From the IMG/VR virus record IMGVR_UViG_3300046170_000450, positions 1-64,000 of that record: a stretch of DNA of 64,000 bases; one strand, 5' to 3'. The notes beneath the pieces were generated by a model. It was not told the origin of the DNA. It saw nothing but the letters and a program-made list of their open reading frames with translations, and ran no database searches. The DNA is from a virus. Shown here piece after piece: positions 47,054-56,632 of this stretch (within the stretch, counting starts at the first letter, position 1; each line of letters begins with the position of its first letter). Made by a program: the position numbers and the translations under genes.

Positions 47054-48385
47054 TCAATAAGTGGGGTAAGCCGAAAGATCACACTCAGTGACGGTGTAAC
47101 CTGTAGAGATTCCAGCGAGTGTATCTACATCAGTTATTAGCTGGTTTATGTCTGATATTAAATTAGAAAGATAAGCGCCCGCGCTTGGTGTAGTATTCAA
47201 GCCTATGAGCACCAATTTAGAACCTAAAACAAAACAGTTTGGAGCACCACTGTCTCCCACAACAATATTTTCGTTTAATGTGTATAGTTTGTCAGTGTTT
47301 GAAACTAATCTTGTAGAAACCCTGTCTGATGTGGTTGAGAATCCTAAAGAGGAGGGAATATAGCTTAAACCGTTCACCATACTTGAAGGGGGCGTAGAAC
47401 TAAACCAGTGTTTTTCTAAATTGCTACCAAAGTAAATGCCTTTTGATAAAATGCTTTGCAATCTAGTTAAACCCTTTTGTTCTTGATCGAAAACAGCAAT
47501 AGCTGTGCTCATCCAGTCATATTGACCTGTATAATCTCCAGCATTGCTGGGAATTACTTCCATGCTTTCAATGTTAGAGGGCAAGTCTGAATCGAGTAGA
47601 CATATTTGAACATCGTAGCAGTAGTTACCAGACTGACCAGCGTATAGGGGGTGGGTTTTAACCTTTTGTATTGTTCTGGTAACGGCTGTTGTTGAGCCGC
47701 TAACATTAGCTACGAAGTCAATAGTATCCCCTACATACAAAGGATAATGAGCTGTGCATATTATATGACGCTTTGTTATTGCTGTTCCCGCTCTCCTGTT
47801 TCCGCCTCTACTGTTGTTAGGACTAACAGCCGAAAGACCACTTAATCCAATCCCCCAGAAATCTTCATTTCGAGTAAAAGTATTTGTCGAAGTGTTGACG
47901 CTGGAAAATCTAGGCTTTGCTGTGGATGGGTCACTATTAGAAACCAAAGTTTCTAAACGATTGTTCATGGCTTCTCCTGCTGTTCCTGCTTTATTTGATA
48001 TATAATCGATGGATGCTCCAGCAGAAATACTTACCGAAACCTTTGTGCTATTGGAAATAGAATAACTATCAGAAGTCCTTGAAACAGTAACGGTAATTGT
48101 TACTTCCCCGTCAGATACAACCGTTAAAACCCCAGATGCATCTACCGTCGCAATGCCTTCATCGCTCGAAGAAAACGTAGCGGTATAATCATCTTCTTCA
48201 ATTGGATGCACAACTTCCCAGTTTATTGTGTGCGAATCGGCAAGTGTTGCCCCTGTAACTCGTTCAATAGCATGCGAATCTTCTGTAATGTTAACGGTAG
48301 AGCCAGTTACCTGCTCGTTTGAAAATGAAACCCCATTTATAGACGCCCAAAAACTAAAAGGTTGTTTTATAGTCAGCCTACTCAT
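47054..48385 (-). CDS. Trypsin-like serine protease with Ig-like (Big_2) domain, paralogue
   Basis: FSSSDEGIATVDASG (Big_2-like), GTAITKRHIICTAH, YDVQICLL, GDSGAP. Confidence 0.85.
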   Translation of the reverse strand: MSRLTIKQPFSFWASINGVSFSNEQVTGSTVNITEDSHAIERVTGATLADSHTINWEVVHPIEEDDYTATFSSSDEGIATVDASGVLTVVSDGEVTITVTVSRTSDSYSISNSTKVSVSISAGASIDYISNKAGTAGEAMNNRLETLVSNSDPSTAKPRFSSVNTSTNTFTRNEDFWGIGLSGLSAVSPNNSRGGNRRAGTAITKRHIICTAHYPLYVGDTIDFVANVSGSTTAVTRTIQKVKTHPLYAGQSGNYCYDVQICLLDSDLPSNIESMEVIPSNAGDYTGQYDWMSTAIAVFDQEQKGLTRLQSILSKGIYFGSNLEKHWFSSTPPSSMVNGLSYIPSSLGFSTTSDRVSTRLVSNTDKLYTLNENIVVGDSGAPNCFVLGSKLVLIGLNTTPSAGAYLSNLISDINQLITDVDTLAGISTGYTVTECDLSAYPTY

Positions 48386-48388
48386 ACA

Positions 48389-49387
48389 TTAGACGAGTTT
48401 TGTAACTGTAGTTTCGGCGATACTTATCAATAGAGGGTCTGCAGAAGAAACTATCTGGCTAGCCGACATATTGAACGTGCCGCTTGAAGAAGGTTTAACA
48501 ATCAATGTGATTGAGTATGAGCCAAGAAGCGGACTAGTGACAGCTACCTGACCACTACTCACGAGCGAAATACTGTCATTCTCGCTTAACTTACCCTTTA
48601 GGAATAAAACTTGATTTTTATTTTTTAGGTCGTCGCATTTAAATTGAATAGTGGATGCATTGTATAGACCAGTGTAACCTACGTTAAACTTTAAGTTTCC
48701 TTCAGCAAGGTCACCAACAAACACATCTAGTTCAATTTTATATTCAGAGCCTCCCAATAGGGGAATACTAACTAACTCATTAGGAGATGTGCTAGACGTT
48801 ACTATATGTTTAAACTGAAACGAGTAAGATGCTGAACCCTGTTTTATCAAATGAGTTCTGTTCGGGACAACTACAGAGCTAGTAACCAAACCCGCGTTTA
48901 CATCATTAGCATCATACCAACCCGCAGGACCCTGTTCGCCACTGTGATATAAATAAGTAGTGGATGATGAATCGTTAAACTCTTCATTTTGAAAAATAGT
49001 CAACGTAGCTGTGGGAGAAAAGACATCCGCAGATGCAGCGACTAGTCCAGATTCAAATAATTTACTGTCAGGTAGACTAACCCCTGAACTAGTGGTTAAA
49101 GAATCCTCGCTCACGCTGCTAATTGAACTAATAACGTCGTATGATGAAGACCCTGTAAATCTCACAAACTGACCTCGATCAGAATCGAAATACGTATCTC
49201 CCTCGGTGGCGTCTGTTACGGCGTCAAGCTCGGACGTTGTTAAGTTTGGAAAATTAAATTGTGAAGTAGTTACCTCACCAAACTCTACGATGTCAGCGCT
49301 TCCTAAGCCCATAGAAGACCTTAGTTGTGTTTTCTGTTCATCGGTAGGTGGAGTTCCTACTGGGTTGTTTCCTAAATCAATACTCAT
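48389..49387 (-). CDS. Fibre/spike-like protein
   Basis: MSIDLGNNPVGTPPTDEQKTQLRSSMGLGSAD N-terminus shared with the paralogue. Unrelated C-terminus. Confidence 0.65.
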   Translation of the reverse strand: MSIDLGNNPVGTPPTDEQKTQLRSSMGLGSADIVEFGEVTTSQFNFPNLTTSELDAVTDATEGDTYFDSDRGQFVRFTGSSSYDVISSISSVSEDSLTTSSGVSLPDSKLFESGLVAASADVFSPTATLTIFQNEEFNDSSSTTYLYHSGEQGPAGWYDANDVNAGLVTSSVVVPNRTHLIKQGSASYSFQFKHIVTSSTSPNELVSIPLLGGSEYKIELDVFVGDLAEGNLKFNVGYTGLYNASTIQFKCDDLKNKNQVLFLKGKLSENDSISLVSSGQVAVTSPLLGSYSITLIVKPSSSGTFNMSASQIVSSADPLLISIAETTVTKLV

Positions 49388-49394
49388 AATGTTA

Positions 49395-49790
49395 TTAGTT
49401 ATAAATCAAAGATTGGTTGTTAAATGTAAGGATCTCCCCGTTGAATATAAGTTCATCGCCTGATTCTAGGATCAATTTAAATCCATCTTCGTCCAAAATG
49501 AAGTTGCCATTTTCAAGCTGTAGACAATCTGTAAAAAAATCAGCAACGTCTTGAGGTCTAAATCCCGCATCTATAGGATGAGCTATTTTATCAGCGAGGC
49601 CAAATTTATTTAATTTTCTGTTTAACTCTTGTATAACATGAGTAAACATATGAAAGTTTTGAGATTCACTTATTGGATACGAAACCAAAAGAGAATCTAT
49701 CCGACTTGTAAAAGAGTTTACAGTATCGTCGTCCCAATTAAATGTTTGGTGTATTTCTTTTTCTAGAAGATGGATATTTTCTGCGCTCAT
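49395..49790 (-). CDS. Hypothetical (possibly virion) protein
   Basis: C-terminal LQLENG..ILDEDG..LILESG repeats. Confidence 0.65.
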   Translation of the reverse strand: MSAENIHLLEKEIHQTFNWDDDTVNSFTSRIDSLLVSYPISESQNFHMFTHVIQELNRKLNKFGLADKIAHPIDAGFRPQDVADFFTDCLQLENGNFILDEDGFKLILESGDELIFNGEILTFNNQSLIYN

Positions 49791-49960
49791 ATACTATAGT
49801 GTATTACACACAAAAAACCCCATAATCTTGATAACCAAGAAAATGGGGTTTAAAATTCTATGCGACCGAATAGCAAAACACACCACGCGATTAAGCAGAT
49901 GGAGGTGAATAGTGTTACACTTAAAAACAAAGAAAAAAGAAAAAAAAAATAAAAATAAAA

Positions 49961-49967
49961 AGTGTAA
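49961..49967 (+). promoter_or_regulatory. AGTGTAA late-promoter candidate (example copy)
   Basis: Same motif 15 nt before the ATG at 7770(-), 8494, 17920, 49961, 52071. Confidence 0.65.
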
Positions 49968-49975
49968 ATGAGTTT

Positions 49976-50764
49976 ATGTTTGTAGGTTCGGAAGATACAA
50001 AGGTGATTATACAAGGTTACGCCATAACTGGCGTAACGGATATATCATTCACTTCCAATATTGAAGAAGATGCGGTCGTGTTACTTGCTGAAAGGGGTAT
50101 AACTAGAAAGATTAATAAAGGGCATACAATACAATGCAAAATTTCAAAACCTTATTTAGGCAGAGATAGATTTCAAGAATTTACAGGAATTACCGATCTT
50201 TCTGGCCAATTTGTATATGGCGCGAATGCCGTGGAATTTAATGAGGCGACTATTTCTTCATATTCTATATCTGTAGATACCAACAGTTCTCCGAAAATAT
50301 CAATAGATATGAAAATATTTGGAGATTTCAAACCAACAACAAACATCGCCTCCACGCAGAGCGATTATTCTTTCGAAGAATTGGGCCCAGATTCCGTTTC
50401 AATAAATGTTGAGGGGAGAAATTCAGTTTTAACAGATTTTTCGTATAGTGTGAATTTTGATGTTAAACCCACATATGAAATAGATTCTATAAAATCTTCC
50501 AGCGCCAAAATTTTATCTCCAATAAAATATAGCACATCCGCCAAAATGTTAATGGACGAACAAGAATTTCAAGATGTTACTGGATTAATTCAATCAGAGA
50601 CATTTAACAGAAATATAACATTTGATATACGGGATACAGGGAACTCTGTTTTAAATACTTATAATATCCCAAACGCAAGTATAAGATCCCAGGAAGTTGG
50701 TGTTGCGGCTGGAGATTTGGTTCAGTTTTCAATACAATATCAGGGGCTACAACTAAATGCTTAA
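49976..50764 (+). CDS. Tail-tube-like structural protein
   Basis: Beta-rich with two internal repeats. Paralogue of the next gene. Late motif upstream. Confidence 0.5.
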   Translation: MFVGSEDTKVIIQGYAITGVTDISFTSNIEEDAVVLLAERGITRKINKGHTIQCKISKPYLGRDRFQEFTGITDLSGQFVYGANAVEFNEATISSYSISVDTNSSPKISIDMKIFGDFKPTTNIASTQSDYSFEELGPDSVSINVEGRNSVLTDFSYSVNFDVKPTYEIDSIKSSSAKILSPIKYSTSAKMLMDEQEFQDVTGLIQSETFNRNITFDIRDTGNSVLNTYNIPNASIRSQEVGVAAGDLVQFSIQYQGLQLNA

Positions 50765-52067
50765 TGGATCAGAAGAGAGCCATATAATACTGCAAGATGT
50801 ATTGCTAACTGGCATAGGCAACATATCTTTCCAATCAACCAATCAGGAAGGATTTACAAAGCTACTCGCAAACAGGGGAATAAACAGAAAAATTTACAAG
50901 CCGCCGACAACGACTTGTAGTTTTTCTAAACCTTATAATGGTAAGGATTATTTGCAATCATTAACTGGAGCTACTAATTTATCTGGGCAATTTATATACG
51001 GAAACAATGCAATAGATTTTACTGATGCAGTTATTTCTAGTTATGGTTTAGATTTAGATTCCAATGGTTTTGGCGAAATAAGCGTGACACTTCAAATTTT
51101 TGGAGACATGAAACCAACTACCAATTTAAAACTTTTAACAGCCTCCAATGATTTCGAAGCGTTAGATATGACCCCTGCGATTTTTTCTCTTAATCTAGAT
51201 GATAAAAATTCTGCTATAAAATCCTTGAATTACGAAGCTGTATTTGATGTAAAACCTACAAGCAATATCGGCAGCATAAATTATTCAAATGTCAATATAT
51301 TTTCTCCAGTAGTTCATAAAATAAATGCTAATATCGAAATGCTGGAGCAAGAAATAGAAGATGTCACGGGGTTAATTCAAGAAGACAAATTTAATAAAAA
51401 AATAGATATAATCTTTTCGCCAAAAGAAAACGAATCAAGCATCAACAGGATTTTTGAAATACAATCCATAATAAAGGATATAGAGTCTAGCGGCATCGCT
51501 TTAGATGACTTAGATTTTTCTATCGGTACTTGCGCACTAAATTCTTTTCAATTTGAAAAAAGCGCACTAACAAATCAAACATTGGACTCTAGAGCTGGAG
51601 AAGTTGTTCAACTATCTAATGAGTACAGCGCCTATTCAACAATTGAAAAAGTAACTGGCTCTCTACCAACTCCATCGGAATTCAATACCTGTGCGGAACA
51701 TTTATCCCAATTAGAAGAAAATCTTAATACTGCTTTATTTAGATTAAATGGTACTCTTTATGCAAATGAAGTTGATTATGAAGATAGAGAAGCAGGCCAA
51801 ACTGATTTCAATTTATGGCTCCGTGAAATATCAACAAGAGAACCAAAAACTGGAGAAGATTTTGAGCTTAAGGTTTTGGGCGCATATCCCACAAACATAA
51901 AAGCTCATATTGACATATACTATGAAAGCCAAATTGATTTCGAAAATCAAAATACTGGACAAACGGATCAACAACTATTAGGTTTTATTGATATTTATTA
52001 TGGAAACCAGGTAGATTTCGAAAACATAAGCACTGGAGAAACAGATCAAGATTTAAATCAATTTTAA
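50757..52067 (+). CDS. Tail-tube-like paralogue with C-terminal DFE repeats
   Basis: Shares RGI.RKI, SKPY.G.D, LSGQF.YG.NA, IFGD.KPTTN with the previous gene. Confidence 0.5.
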   Translation: MLNGSEESHIILQDVLLTGIGNISFQSTNQEGFTKLLANRGINRKIYKPPTTTCSFSKPYNGKDYLQSLTGATNLSGQFIYGNNAIDFTDAVISSYGLDLDSNGFGEISVTLQIFGDMKPTTNLKLLTASNDFEALDMTPAIFSLNLDDKNSAIKSLNYEAVFDVKPTSNIGSINYSNVNIFSPVVHKINANIEMLEQEIEDVTGLIQEDKFNKKIDIIFSPKENESSINRIFEIQSIIKDIESSGIALDDLDFSIGTCALNSFQFEKSALTNQTLDSRAGEVVQLSNEYSAYSTIEKVTGSLPTPSEFNTCAEHLSQLEENLNTALFRLNGTLYANEVDYEDREAGQTDFNLWLREISTREPKTGEDFELKVLGAYPTNIKAHIDIYYESQIDFENQNTGQTDQQLLGFIDIYYGNQVDFENISTGETDQDLNQF

Positions 52068-52085
52068 AAAAGTGTAATAAACATT

Positions 52086-52967
52086 ATGGCTGGTGGATTT
52101 ATATACGAAAAAACAATAGATAGTTCCTTTCAAGATGGAACGGACAAAAGCTTACTTATTGAACCTAATTACGCTTACCAAGTTCCATTGACATTTGGTA
52201 GCGATTGGGAAGAAATAAAAATAGGTATGTTTGTTAGTTTCGTGCAAACAGGAGCGGGAAACGAAAATAAAGGTATTATAGGTTCTACCACGATTGACGC
52301 TGGCGGGACAACAAATGATACTTTTACTTATTTAGGATTGATTAAAGAGCAAGATCAAAACTCTTTGCCATTATCTACAAATAATAGCGGCTTTATTGGC
52401 ACTCAATCTAGATATATGTATGTTATCAATAACAGCTCCTATGCCTACAATAAAATGACGCACCCTGATTATGGCGCCCCTACCCAAGGTGATAATAAAT
52501 TCTTTTCAAGTTACCAAGGCCAAGAGTTAGAGGCGCGAGAAATAACCGAGAGTCAAGGAAATTTTAATATAGTAGGAACAACAGGAACTTCTTCCCTCAA
52601 CGCATATCCACATAAAGAAGATTATTTTTGCTCCTATTGGGGTCTTAGCTATAAGGTTTTAAATAAAGGACAGAGCGACCAGCTAATCGGTTTTACAGCT
52701 TCACAGTATGATATATCTACCACACCTTCAGCAAGAAATGGCATGAATTTTAACAAAATAGAAGATCCAAGTATAGAAAATTTAAAAAATATAATAAACG
52801 GTATAGGAGAATACGAATATCCCAATTTACATGGTAATACGTCGACAGGGTTTGTTTGGAACAAAGATGCAAGCGCTTTAGCTTTACCAGATTCTTTATT
52901 TTTTTACAACGCATTCCAATCTACAAGACCAAGAATCCATGCTTGGGCGGTGAAAAAGATATCTTAA
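52086..52967 (+). CDS. Hypothetical late protein
   Basis: 293-aa ORF with AGTGTAA motif 15 nt upstream. Confidence 0.7.
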   Translation: MAGGFIYEKTIDSSFQDGTDKSLLIEPNYAYQVPLTFGSDWEEIKIGMFVSFVQTGAGNENKGIIGSTTIDAGGTTNDTFTYLGLIKEQDQNSLPLSTNNSGFIGTQSRYMYVINNSSYAYNKMTHPDYGAPTQGDNKFFSSYQGQELEAREITESQGNFNIVGTTGTSSLNAYPHKEDYFCSYWGLSYKVLNKGQSDQLIGFTASQYDISTTPSARNGMNFNKIEDPSIENLKNIINGIGEYEYPNLHGNTSTGFVWNKDASALALPDSLFFYNAFQSTRPRIHAWAVKKIS

Positions 52968-52984
52968 AGTGTAATAAGATTTGA

Positions 52985-53677
52985 ATGTCTAACAAACTTG
53001 AATTCAAACAATTGAATCATAAAATAAGATTCAAAGAGCGTAAATTTAAATTTACTGAAAATCAAATTGATTTTTTAAAAACAGCGCTTCATGCAGATTC
53101 GCAATTATTGTTTTTATCTGGCCCTGCTGGCACCGCAAAGACCTATATGGCTGTATATTCGGCTTTGCAGGCCATGATAGACTCTAACCTTGAAAAAGGT
53201 ATTCTATACATCAGGAGCATAGCTGAGAGCGCACAGAGAAGCATGGGTGCGCTGCCAGGGTCTTTAGAAGAAAAGTTTGCAGTTTTTGCAGGCCCATTTT
53301 ACGATAAGCTGGATGAAATGCTTAATACTTCTGACATTAAGATTTTAAGAGAAAAAAATATGTTTGATTGCATACCTGTTAATTATGTGAGGGGCGCGAA
53401 CTGGGACGATACAATTGTAATCATTGATGAGGCTCAGAACTTTTCTTATAGTGAATTAGTGACTGTTTTAACGAGAATAGGAGAAGGTTCAAAAATAATT
53501 ATATGCGGAGACATTATGCAAAGCGATATTAGTAATAGCGGATTTGCTGAAATTTTCAACACGTTTGATAATGAAGACTCTGTAGAAAATGGAGTTATAT
53601 GCAAACGATTTAGCACAGAAGACATTAAGAGAAGTAGGATCGTAAAATTTATCGTATCAAAACTTGAGAATAATTAA
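52985..53677 (+). CDS. phoH: PhoH-like ATPase
   Basis: GPAGTAKTY, GALPGSLEEK, RGANW, IIDEAQN, LTRIGEGSK, GDIMQSD. Confidence 0.93.
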   Translation: MSNKLEFKQLNHKIRFKERKFKFTENQIDFLKTALHADSQLLFLSGPAGTAKTYMAVYSALQAMIDSNLEKGILYIRSIAESAQRSMGALPGSLEEKFAVFAGPFYDKLDEMLNTSDIKILREKNMFDCIPVNYVRGANWDDTIVIIDEAQNFSYSELVTVLTRIGEGSKIIICGDIMQSDISNSGFAEIFNTFDNEDSVENGVICKRFSTEDIKRSRIVKFIVSKLENN

Positions 53678-53696
53678 AATAAATTTATAATAGTTT

Positions 53697-54011
53697 ATGG
53701 CTATTAAATTTTGTACAGATTGCGGCAAGAAGATTGAATATAAATTCAGTCCGCCCAAGTTTTGTTCTGATTGTGGAAGCTCGCTTGATTCGTCTTGCGC
53801 AAGCGAAGATTCACCAATCAGTAGAAAAGCGAAAAAAATTGAATCTCTAGGTGAAGATGAGACAGATGCAGAATATGTACCTCGTATCACAAGGCTTGAA
53901 TACGAAATCGACAATTTTGGGGCGGACGTTCAGCAAACAATGGGTTCTCTAGCTGGTAAACGCCCTTTGGTTAGAAACAAAAGAACCGTTAGAAACATTA
54001 ATGATTTATAA
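53697..54011 (+). CDS. Double zinc-ribbon protein
   Basis: FCTDCG...FCSDCG. Confidence 0.8.
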   Translation: MAIKFCTDCGKKIEYKFSPPKFCSDCGSSLDSSCASEDSPISRKAKKIESLGEDETDAEYVPRITRLEYEIDNFGADVQQTMGSLAGKRPLVRNKRTVRNINDL

Positions 54012-54682
54012 TGTACAGTTTCGAAGACAAGCTGAAAGAAATAGAAGTAGCTTTAGAACGCAAGAGATCAAAATGGGATTTAGACGCTTTAGCTTATATT
54101 GATTACGACGACATTAAACAAACTATTATGTGCCACATACATAAAAAGTGGCATTTATGGAATCAATCAAAACCAATCGAACCTTGGTTAAGTAGAGTTG
54201 TATCTAATCAATTTAAAAACTTACTACGCAATCATTACGGCAATTATGCCAGACCGTGTTTAAGGTGCAAGTATAATCTTGGAGGCGATGGTTGTAGCAA
54301 AACAAAAAGCGGAATACAAGATAATCGTTGTACGGAATATAAAGATTGGGAGCGGAAGAAAAAAGCCGCCTATGATATCAAGCTCGCCGTTACAATAGAG
54401 CACCACACCCATGAAGTACATGAAAGGAAAGATGAGTTTCTTGATTTAGAGTTGGCGACGTTCAAGCTTTCGAGCGAAATCAAAGAAGAACTTACGCCAA
54501 GGCAATTTACAGCTTTTCAAATGCTCTTCATTCAAAACAAACCCGAAGAAGAGGTCGCAAAATTTTTGGGATTCAAAACAACAGAAAAAAGGAGATCAGC
54601 GGGGTACAAGCAAATCAAGAATTTGAAAAAAATTTTTCAAGACAAAGCCAAACAAATTATCAAAAATAAGGATATTATATGA
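54011..54682 (+). CDS. RNA polymerase sigma-factor-like protein with Cys insert
   Basis: Region-2-like 'DYDDIKQ...PWLSRVVSNQFKNLLR' and region-4-like 'LTPRQFTAFQMLFIQNKPEEEVAKFLG'. Confidence 0.7.
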   Translation: MYSFEDKLKEIEVALERKRSKWDLDALAYIDYDDIKQTIMCHIHKKWHLWNQSKPIEPWLSRVVSNQFKNLLRNHYGNYARPCLRCKYNLGGDGCSKTKSGIQDNRCTEYKDWERKKKAAYDIKLAVTIEHHTHEVHERKDEFLDLELATFKLSSEIKEELTPRQFTAFQMLFIQNKPEEEVAKFLGFKTTEKRRSAGYKQIKNLKKIFQDKAKQIIKNKDII

Positions 54683-55725
54683 TTGAATTAACAGACCATC
54701 AAAAAGAATTTATCCTAAATATGTTCGAAGACGATCCGAATATCATCAACATTACGAAAAAGGTATTTGATAATGACGAGCTTGATGGGAGATCAAAAGA
54801 AGGGCGCAGTGTCAGTAAATTTTTGGCTAAAAATGGTCTAAAGGCTAAAACGACAAAACGAGAAAAGATAAAAGAAATACCGCTTTCTCAAGAGCAGTTA
54901 GAAAAAATCGAAGAACTAAAGCAAGACAAATTAAATACTTCAGAAATAGCTGATATTATATTTCAGACTAAAGTAACCAGATTGTCTAAAGAATGGCGCT
55001 CTGTAAATGAAATAATAAATCAAAGCAAGGAAGAAGAAAAAGATAAGGGGGAGGATTCTGCTGGAAATTATATTGCTCCTCAAGCAGTTTCTAGAATAAT
55101 TAAAAAAATTAACGACTCAACTGGATACGGTTTAGAGGAGGGTAAAATGTCTAGAAACCAGCATACTTGCTGCGATAAGTTAAGGGTAAATTTATCGAAT
55201 TCGCGATTTGTGGCTATTGTAAATAACTATATAAACGCAAGAGATAAAGAATTATTTGAGCAAGAATTTATTCGACTGACTTGGGACAAGCCAGACCTTA
55301 CCCCAGACGAACTAAACCTTTACATGAACGTATGCAAAGAAATTATTAATTTAGAACTTATTACCTCTCACCTGCAAAAACTAAACGATATGTTTGAGTC
55401 TGCGGACGATCAAGATGAGATGAGTATTAGATTAGCAGAGATTATCAAAGCCAAAAGTTCAGAGTATCACCAGTGTGAAACTCGTATTGAAAATCTTACA
55501 AAAAAACTTCAGGGGGATCGTGGGGCTCGTTTAGCTAGCAAGCAAAAAGATACAGCTTCATTTCTTTCTATAGTTCAGCTTTTTCAGGAAGAAGAAGAGC
55601 GACAAAATATGGTTAGAATAGCTGAAATGCAAAAGGAAGTAATTAAAGAAGAGGCTCAACGTCTCGAAGGTATGGCCGCATGGAAGGCTCGTGTTCTAGG
55701 GATCGGTATTGAAGATGTCTTATAA
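54679..55725 (+). CDS. Hypothetical protein (HTH + coiled coil; terminase small subunit candidate)
   Basis: Position upstream of TerL. LNTSEIADIIF HTH-like segment. Confidence 0.45.
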   Translation: MIELTDHQKEFILNMFEDDPNIINITKKVFDNDELDGRSKEGRSVSKFLAKNGLKAKTTKREKIKEIPLSQEQLEKIEELKQDKLNTSEIADIIFQTKVTRLSKEWRSVNEIINQSKEEEKDKGEDSAGNYIAPQAVSRIIKKINDSTGYGLEEGKMSRNQHTCCDKLRVNLSNSRFVAIVNNYINARDKELFEQEFIRLTWDKPDLTPDELNLYMNVCKEIINLELITSHLQKLNDMFESADDQDEMSIRLAEIIKAKSSEYHQCETRIENLTKKLQGDRGARLASKQKDTASFLSIVQLFQEEEERQNMVRIAEMQKEVIKEEAQRLEGMAAWKARVLGIGIEDVL

Positions 55726-56632
55726 ATGTAAAGAATGTGAAGCTGAGTTTAACTCAGAAAAAAGCCTTCATGCGCATCTTAAGGCACACAAGATGTATGT
55801 AGCTGACTATTATATTAAACATTACCCAAGGTTTAATAAGTTAAATGGCAACCCGCTACCCTTTAAGAAAAAAGACGAATACTTTGAAAATGATTTTATC
55901 AATAGATCACAACTTGTAAAGTGGTGCGAGTCTGCGCCAGATGAAGAAGTCAAGAGCTATATTATTGAGTTAGGTAAAAAAAGAATTGAAAGAAAAAAGT
56001 ATGAGAATGCACCCTTTCATTTAGAGCTTCTCAAACGACAGTTGCCAGATATAGATCTTTATAAAAAACACTTCGGTACATATACCAATGCTTGTGAGGC
56101 TATGGGATCGAAGCCCATATTCTACAAGGGAATGCCAAAGGAATTTATGAATAATGTGGAAGTTGAAGTTCTGATCGACACTAGGGAGCAGCAACCGTTA
56201 GAGTTCAATAAATCTACAATTTTAAAGTTAGACTTTGGAGATTACACTTTGGGTGGAGATGATTTTACTAATACATTTGTAGATAGAAAAAGCGCTGGCG
56301 ATTTTTTATCAACCTTTGGAGGGCAAGTAGATAGGTTTAGAAGAGAGATGAAAAGATGTGTTGAGCTAGATAGCTATATGTATATTGTTGTGGAGAAGCC
56401 CTTAGCAGCAATAGAGAAGGAGGCTATGTTCACAAAAGGGAGAAGAGTTTCTAAACTAGGATGGGTTTTCTCTAACTTAATTTCTGTCCAACACGAGTTC
56501 GCGGGTCATTGCCAATTTGTATTTACAGACAGTAGGAGCCATAGTGAAGAAATTATACCTAAACTTTTAAGTCTGGGCAAAAAGCTTTGGGACGTAGACG
56601 TGCAATATTTTTTAGACAAGGAGGAAAGATGA
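55716..56632 (+). CDS. ERCC4-type nuclease with C2H2 zinc finger
   Basis: CKEC...HLKAH, LIDTREQQP, LDFGDY, VDRKSAGDF. Confidence 0.8.
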
